A stretch of 64,000 bases of DNA from Croceicoccus sp. (lineage in GTDB: Bacteria; Pseudomonadota; Alphaproteobacteria; Sphingomonadales; Sphingomonadaceae), in assembly GCA_002694745.1 (NCBI GenBank), contig NZMY01000050.1:196630-260629 (forward strand), given 5' to 3'. The position numbers and the translations under genes are program-made. Below are positions 59,097-64,000 of the stretch, piece after piece. How positions within the stretch are numbered: the stretch's first letter is position 1; each line of letters opens with the position of its first letter. The notes under the pieces were generated by a model. It made no database searches. It saw nothing but the letters and a program-made list of their open reading frames with translations, and had not been told where the DNA came from.

Positions 59097-60188
59097 CTAA
59101 ACCGGCCTGAAGCTCCGCTCGGCCTCGATGTCGTTGAAGTCATCTTTCCGGCTGTGGTCCGAGCGATATTCCAGCATGACCTTGATCATCGCGATCAGCG
59201 GATCCGCCAGTGCCAGCCCGAGTATGCCGAACAGCACACCCAGCACGAGCTGCCCGGCCAGCACCAGCGCGGGGGCGAGGTCGACCGTCTTCTTCGCGAT
59301 CATCGGAATGACGATATAGCCGTCGAAGGTCTGGACCACGAAATAGACCCCCACGCAATAAAGCGCCATGTCGACGCCGCCCGAAAAGCCGACCAGCACC
59401 ATCAGCAGGCCTGAGATCAGCGCCCCGATATTGGGAATGAAGGCCAGCAATCCGGTCAATAGCCCGAGCAGCGAAGCCAGCGGCACGCCATACAGGGCAA
59501 GCGCGGCCCAGGTGAGCAGGCCTTCGAAAACCATGCCGACCAGACGGCCGAACATCAGCCGGCGCAGCGAGTATCCCATCTGCGCCGCCATCTCGAAAAA
59601 CGCCTCGCGGCGGCTGTCAGGCACCATCCATGCCACGCCGCGCTCGTAGAGATTGGGTTCCAGCGCGACATAGATGCCGATGATGAGGATAAGGAAGAGA
59701 GTGGTTAATCCGCCGATGATACCGCCGACCGCGCTGGTCAGCTGACCGATGCTGCCCGCTGCCTGTTCGGCGAGGCTGCGAAATTCTTCGGCGCGGATCT
59801 CGATCCCCTGTTCGCGCAGCCATGCGAACAGGCGAAGTGCCTGATCCTCGACCAAAGCCGGAAACTGCGCCGCTTCCTCGGCCAGCGACGTGCCGGCGAA
59901 GATGGCAACCCAAACGATGAAGGCCGCGCCCAGCAGCAGCGCGATGGCGACGCGCCATACCCGCGCGATCGGCAGGACGCGCCCCAGCAGCCGCGCGCCG
60001 CCGTCGATGATCGCGGCCAGCACAAGCCCGCCGAACACGACCAGCAGAGCCTGCGACATGTAGATGGCGATGCCGACCAGCGCGACGACCCAGACCCAGA
60101 CCAGCGCCCGGCGCGCCTCGAACCGCAGGCGCGGATCGGCGATGCGAGTGGGGCTGGCCGTTTGCGGATGCGGATCGCTGTCGTCCAT
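59097..60188 (-). CDS. AI-2E (PerM/YhhT) family transporter
   Basis: Multi-TM protein with the typical FIPNIGALISG and VQTFDGYIVIP segments. Confidence 0.85.
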   Translation of the reverse strand: MDDSDPHPQTASPTRIADPRLRFEARRALVWVWVVALVGIAIYMSQALLVVFGGLVLAAIIDGGARLLGRVLPIARVWRVAIALLLGAAFIVWVAIFAGTSLAEEAAQFPALVEDQALRLFAWLREQGIEIRAEEFRSLAEQAAGSIGQLTSAVGGIIGGLTTLFLILIIGIYVALEPNLYERGVAWMVPDSRREAFFEMAAQMGYSLRRLMFGRLVGMVFEGLLTWAALALYGVPLASLLGLLTGLLAFIPNIGALISGLLMVLVGFSGGVDMALYCVGVYFVVQTFDGYIVIPMIAKKTVDLAPALVLAGQLVLGVLFGILGLALADPLIAMIKVMLEYRSDHSRKDDFNDIEAERSFRPV

Positions 60189-60193
60189 CGGTC

Positions 60194-61159
60194 CTATCCC
60201 CCCATTCGTTGCATGGCCGGCTCACCTGCTGCGACCGGCCTTATAACCGGACGCAGAGTGCGCCATGCGCGTTCGGTGCGCAAGCCGCTCCACCATGAAA
60301 GCGGGTTCCACGATTCGCTGCCGTCGAGCGAGAAAGTGATGAACTCGGCGCGTCCACCGACGTCCGCAAGCGGCACCGGCCCGCCAAGGCCAAGCCCGGG
60401 CCGCATTTCGCGGCTGTCCGCCGAATGATCGCGATTATCCCCCATCAGGAACACATGATCGGCGGGCACGGTGATTTCCGGCCTGTTGTCGAGCGACTGG
60501 TTCAGATGATCGATGACCAGATAGCTGGCCCCGTTGGGTAGCGTTTCGCGCCATGTCGGCGGCTCGTAGACCTCGCGCCCGCTGGGCAGGCGCACGCGGA
60601 AACGCTCGAACGCCTCAAGACAGGGGCGGCCGTCGCACCATTGCGAATCGTCGGTATCCAGCTGAATCGGCGGCTCGACCTCTTGCGGAACGGGCTCGCC
60701 GTTCAGGATGATCTGCCCGCGCCGCACCGCGATCCGGTCGCCCGGAAGGGCCACCACGCGCTTGATCCAGTCCTCATTCGCGTAAGGGGGCGAGACGATG
60801 ACGATGTCGCCATATTCGGGCGTGCCCGCCATCACGCGCGTCGCCGAACGCGGCAATACGTGGAACGAGGCCGACACCCAGCTCCAGCCATAGGGATATT
60901 TCGACACGATCAGCCTGTCCCCGACAAGCAGGTTGGGCATCATGGATCCGCTGGGGATGTAGAAGGGCTTGGCCACCAGCGAATGGAACGCCAGCACGGC
61001 CAGCAGCATCGCGGCCAGTCCTGCCGCCTCCTGCAGCCAGTTCACGCGTTCGCGGGCGGGGGCGTCGATCGGTTCGATACTATTGGCGGACCGGGTCGTC
61101 TGCGCAGGGCGCGAATTGAACCGCAGGCCTTGGCGCCAGTCGGGGCGGGGGCTGTTCAC
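60194..61159 (-). CDS. lepB: Signal peptidase I
   Basis: [10 protein letters not shown] (catalytic Ser), KRVVALPGD (Lys box), [14 protein letters not shown] start overlaps the acpS stop. Confidence 0.9.
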   Translation of the reverse strand: MNSPRPDWRQGLRFNSRPAQTTRSANSIEPIDAPARERVNWLQEAAGLAAMLLAVLAFHSLVAKPFYIPSGSMMPNLLVGDRLIVSKYPYGWSWVSASFHVLPRSATRVMAGTPEYGDIVIVSPPYANEDWIKRVVALPGDRIAVRRGQIILNGEPVPQEVEPPIQLDTDDSQWCDGRPCLEAFERFRVRLPSGREVYEPPTWRETLPNGASYLVIDHLNQSLDNRPEITVPADHVFLMGDNRDHSADSREMRPGLGLGGPVPLADVGGRAEFITFSLDGSESWNPLSWWSGLRTERAWRTLRPVIRPVAAGEPAMQRMGG

Positions 61160-61569
61160 GGCGCGTTCGCCAGCAGGCGGGCCTCGATCACGACGAAGGC
61201 CTGCGCCCAGGGATGGTCGTCGGTCAGCGTTAGATGGACGATCGCCTCGTGTCCGGCGGGAGTCAGTTCGGCCAGCCGCGCCGCCGCCCCGCCTTCAAGC
61301 GCGAGAATCGGCGCGCCCGACGGCGCGTTCACCACGCCGATGTCCTTCATGAACACGCCGCGCTTGAAGCCCGTGCCGACCGCCTTGGAGAACGCCTCCT
61401 TCGCGGCGAAGCGCTTTGCATAGGTGCCGGCGCGGGTGAAGGGACGGCGCGCAGCCTTGGTCCGTTCGATCTCGGTAAAGACGCGCAGCTCGAACCGCTC
61501 GCCGAACCGGTCCAGCGAGTTCTGGATCCGCTCGATATTGCAGAGGTCGGAGCCCATGCCGATGATCAT
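61156..61569 (-). CDS. acpS: Holo-ACP synthase
   Basis: [15 protein letters not shown]...[11 protein letters not shown]. Confidence 0.9.
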   Translation of the reverse strand: MIIGMGSDLCNIERIQNSLDRFGERFELRVFTEIERTKAARRPFTRAGTYAKRFAAKEAFSKAVGTGFKRGVFMKDIGVVNAPSGAPILALEGGAAARLAELTPAGHEAIVHLTLTDDHPWAQAFVVIEARLLANAP

Positions 61570-61696
61570 GCGAAGCCACCGATGAAAAGCAGTGAACCGG
61601 GGCGCGAAGCGACTCCCGCAAGGCCAAACGGCCGCCGCTTATGCGGCAAAGCCAAGCGGGCCGGATGGCCCGCGCCCGGCGTTTGAGGGGCAAAGA

Positions 61697-62443
61697 TCAA
61701 CGGGCCTCGTCCATAAGTTCGCGCATCCGGCGCACGGCACTTTCAAGTCCGACGAAAACCGCCTCGCCGATCAGGTAATGGCCGATGTTCAGTTCGGCCA
61801 GCTGCGGGATGGCCGCGATCGGCTGGACATTCTCATAGGTCAGCCCGTGGCCCGCATGGGGTTCGATCCCGTTCTTTGCCGCCAGTGCCGCCATGTCGGC
61901 AATACGCTTCAGCTCGCGGGCGCGTTCCTCGCCGATGGCATGGGCGTATTCACCGGTGTGGAATTCCACCACCGGGACGCCCAGACGCAAGGCAGCCTCA
62001 AGCTGTCGTTCCTCCGCCTCGATGAACAGCGAAACGCGGATGCCCGCATCGGCAAGCCGCGACACGATGGGCGCCAGCCTGTTGTGCTGGCCCGCCGCGT
62101 CGAGCCCGCCTTCGGTGGTGCGCTCCTCGCGCTTTTCAGGGACGATGCAGGCGGCATGCGGGGCATGCGACAGCGCGATAGCCAGCATCTCTTCTGTCGC
62201 CGCCATCTCCAGGTTGAGCGGAAGACCGGTGGCCGACTGGATGCGCGACAGGTCGCCGTCGCGGATATGGCGCCTGTCCTCGCGCAGATGCGCGGTGATG
62301 CCGTCGCCGCCGACCGCCGCGACGATCTCCGCCGCGCGAACGGGATCGGGATGATCTCCGCCGCGCGCATTACGGATGGTCGCGACGTGATCGATATTCA
62401 CGCCCAGCCTGAGGGCATGCGGCGCTGGTCCGGAGGCGGTCAC
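61697..62443 (-). CDS. pdxJ: Pyridoxine 5'-phosphate synthase
   Basis: [42 protein letters not shown] at 62443 lies 7 nt after GGAGA and avoids a 74-nt overlap with pyrE. Confidence 0.9.
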   Translation of the reverse strand: MTASGPAPHALRLGVNIDHVATIRNARGGDHPDPVRAAEIVAAVGGDGITAHLREDRRHIRDGDLSRIQSATGLPLNLEMAATEEMLAIALSHAPHAACIVPEKREERTTEGGLDAAGQHNRLAPIVSRLADAGIRVSLFIEAEERQLEAALRLGVPVVEFHTGEYAHAIGEERARELKRIADMAALAAKNGIEPHAGHGLTYENVQPIAAIPQLAELNIGHYLIGEAVFVGLESAVRRMRELMDEAR

Positions 62444-62456
62444 CGAAGGATCTCCG

Positions 62457-63044
62457 TCAGGGCTTCTTGCGACTGCCCGGCTTCTCGACCGGGATCGCGG
62501 CAAGCTCGGCAGGCACCTCGTCATCGGCATAGGTCGGGAAGGAAAGCGAGACGAGCGCGTGATAGGGGATGTCGAATTCGACCTTGCCGCCCGAACGGTC
62601 GACCAGCGAACAGATGCCGACGACCTTGCCGCCCGCGTCCTCGACCGCCTTGATCGCCTCGCGGCTGGACAGGCCGGTGGTGACGACGTCCTCGACCATC
62701 AGGATCTTCTCGCCCGGCTGGATGTCGAACCCGCGGCGAAGTTCGAACGTGCCGGTGGGACGCTCTACGAAGATGGCGTCGACCTGGAGCGCGCGGCCCA
62801 TTTCGTGCCCGATGATGATCCCGCCCATCGCGGGCGAGACGACCTTTTCGATCTTGCCGCGCAGGTCGCGGGGGAGGGCGGCGGCCAGCGCCAGCGCCAG
62901 CCGTCCGGCGCGGTCGGGGCTCATCAGCACGCGCGCGCATTGCAGGTAATGGGCGCTGTGGCGGCCCGACGACAGCAGGAAGTGCCCTTCGAGCAATGCG
63001 CCGGCGGCGCGAAATTCCGACAGGACCTCGTCTTCGTTCATCAT
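62457..63044 (-). CDS. pyrE: Orotate phosphoribosyltransferase
   Basis: [11 protein letters not shown] and the PRPP loop [16 protein letters not shown] at 63044 or 63041 after gagga. Confidence 0.9.
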   Translation of the reverse strand: MMNEDEVLSEFRAAGALLEGHFLLSSGRHSAHYLQCARVLMSPDRAGRLALALAAALPRDLRGKIEKVVSPAMGGIIIGHEMGRALQVDAIFVERPTGTFELRRGFDIQPGEKILMVEDVVTTGLSSREAIKAVEDAGGKVVGICSLVDRSGGKVEFDIPYHALVSLSFPTYADDEVPAELAAIPVEKPGSRKKP

Positions 63045-63410
63045 TCCTCGTCCAATAGGCGCTGCGACAGCGGCGGGCGTGATCCCGCGCATGCACCGTG
63101 CCCCTATATAAGGAGCATGCGACAGGGCGTCCTGTCCCGGCAGCGAAACGGGTGGCCGCCAGATGGCAAAAAGCCGGCGGAATGCAAGCTTAATCAAAAA
63201 TATCCCCTAGAGGTGCTTGAGGACGCCCGCAAGCGCGCGTATAGGCCCCCCAAGTCTTGCCCCTTCGGGCAGGCCCGATGGCATGTTATTCGTGCTATTC
63301 GCGTGGATATGTACCACGTTTCAGTTCAGTCAGCCCGCCGATTGGGATGGCAGTTTAACGACTGCCCGACCGGGGTGGGAACGGGATCAGGGAAAGCGAT
63401 CTTGACAGTC

Positions 63411-64000
63411 ATGGGAATCCGCCGCGCAGCCCAGTACGCGACCTTCGCGGGCGCAGCCTTGATGGTTTCGGCAGGCACCGCATTGGCCGCCGCCGCCGAA
63501 GCCACCGCGCTGCCGGAAGATGCCGTCGTGGGCGGTTACGTCCCGATGAAACCGACCGAGGGCAAGGGCATGCCGACCCCGGGCGCCATCGGCTTTCAGG
63601 AGCAGTTTTCGCCGATCGGCGAATACGGTCAGTGGATGCACAATGCCGTGCTGATGCCGATCATCACGGCCATCTCGCTCCTGGTTCTGCTTCTTCTCCT
63701 GTGGGTGGTCGTCCGTTATCGGACGAAGGCCAATCCCAAGCCCTCGCGCACCAGCCACAACACGCTGATCGAAGTGGTCTGGACGCTGCTGCCGGTTCTG
63801 GTGCTTCTGGGCATTGCGGTGCCGTCGATGCGCCTGCTGGCGAGCCAGTACGAGACCGCGCCCGAAGGCGCGCTGACGGTCAAGGTGACCGGCTATCAGT
63901 GGTACTGGGGCTATACCTATCCCGACTACGGCGGTTTCGAGGTCATCTCGAACATGCTGCCCGAGGATGAGGCGCTTGCCAACGGTGAACCGACCCAGCT
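63411..64000 (+). CDS. coxB: Cytochrome c oxidase subunit II, N-terminal part (runs off the window)
   Basis: Hand translation from the ATG at 63411: signal peptide, two TM helices, HNTLIEVVWTLLP and VTGYQWYWGYTYPD. No stop before nt 64000. Confidence 0.9.
   Translation, partial: MGIRRAAQYATFAGAALMVSAGTALAAAAEATALPEDAVVGGYVPMKPTEGKGMPTPGAIGFQEQFSPIGEYGQWMHNAVLMPIITAISLLVLLLLLWVVVRYRTKANPKPSRTSHNTLIEVVWTLLPVLVLLGIAVPSMRLLASQYETAPEGALTVKVTGYQWYWGYTYPDYGGFEVISNMLPEDEALANGEPTQ

Overview
This is a GC-rich, densely packed chromosomal segment. Its gene content and order look alphaproteobacterial, most like Sphingomonadales/Erythrobacteraceae; that placement is my inference from a LOV-HWE kinase, crtY-crtI-crtB, tol-pal, a split his operon and a single RSH. 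I call about 75 protein genes, one tRNA-Val(UAC) and one TPP riboswitch ahead of thiC. I recognised no rRNA, CRISPR array, transposase, integrase or phage genes. Most of the window is core housekeeping: rpmF-plsX-fabH, ihfA, dapD, gmk, hisBHAF/hisE, ybgC-tolQRAB-pal, infC, hemF, spoT, argH-lysA, ruvX, lepB-acpS, pdxJ-pyrE and coxB. I did not find a convincing new multi-gene system such as a defence island. The best leads are these. (1) A LOV blue-light HWE kinase sits in an apparent operon with a LovR-like receiver and a VOC protein, next to a SixA-like phosphatase. (2) Three intergenic, correctly oriented GGAAC-N17-CGTT motifs, the EcfG general-stress sigma consensus, lie upstream of a PEBP gene, a three-gene small-protein operon (DUF2945/DUF3008) and the long infC leader. 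(3) A cytoplasmic protein carries an astacin-like zinc motif with the catalytic Glu replaced by Gln (HQWMHVSGFVH), beside a membrane-anchored thermonuclease. (4) There are three accessory-looking surface or secreted proteins: a trimeric autotransporter adhesin, a lipidated subtilisin autotransporter and a visibly AT-richer S41 peptidase gene. (5) Several small regulatory oddities appear: a TGTCACCTT box array, an SD-sequestering hairpin, a CtrA-like box, an ATA start on infC and a degenerate CysG methylase remnant. Many long ORFs in the six-frame track are antisense artefacts of high GC and were rejected. All calls rest on reading the sequence and on remembered family signatures; no database search was run.
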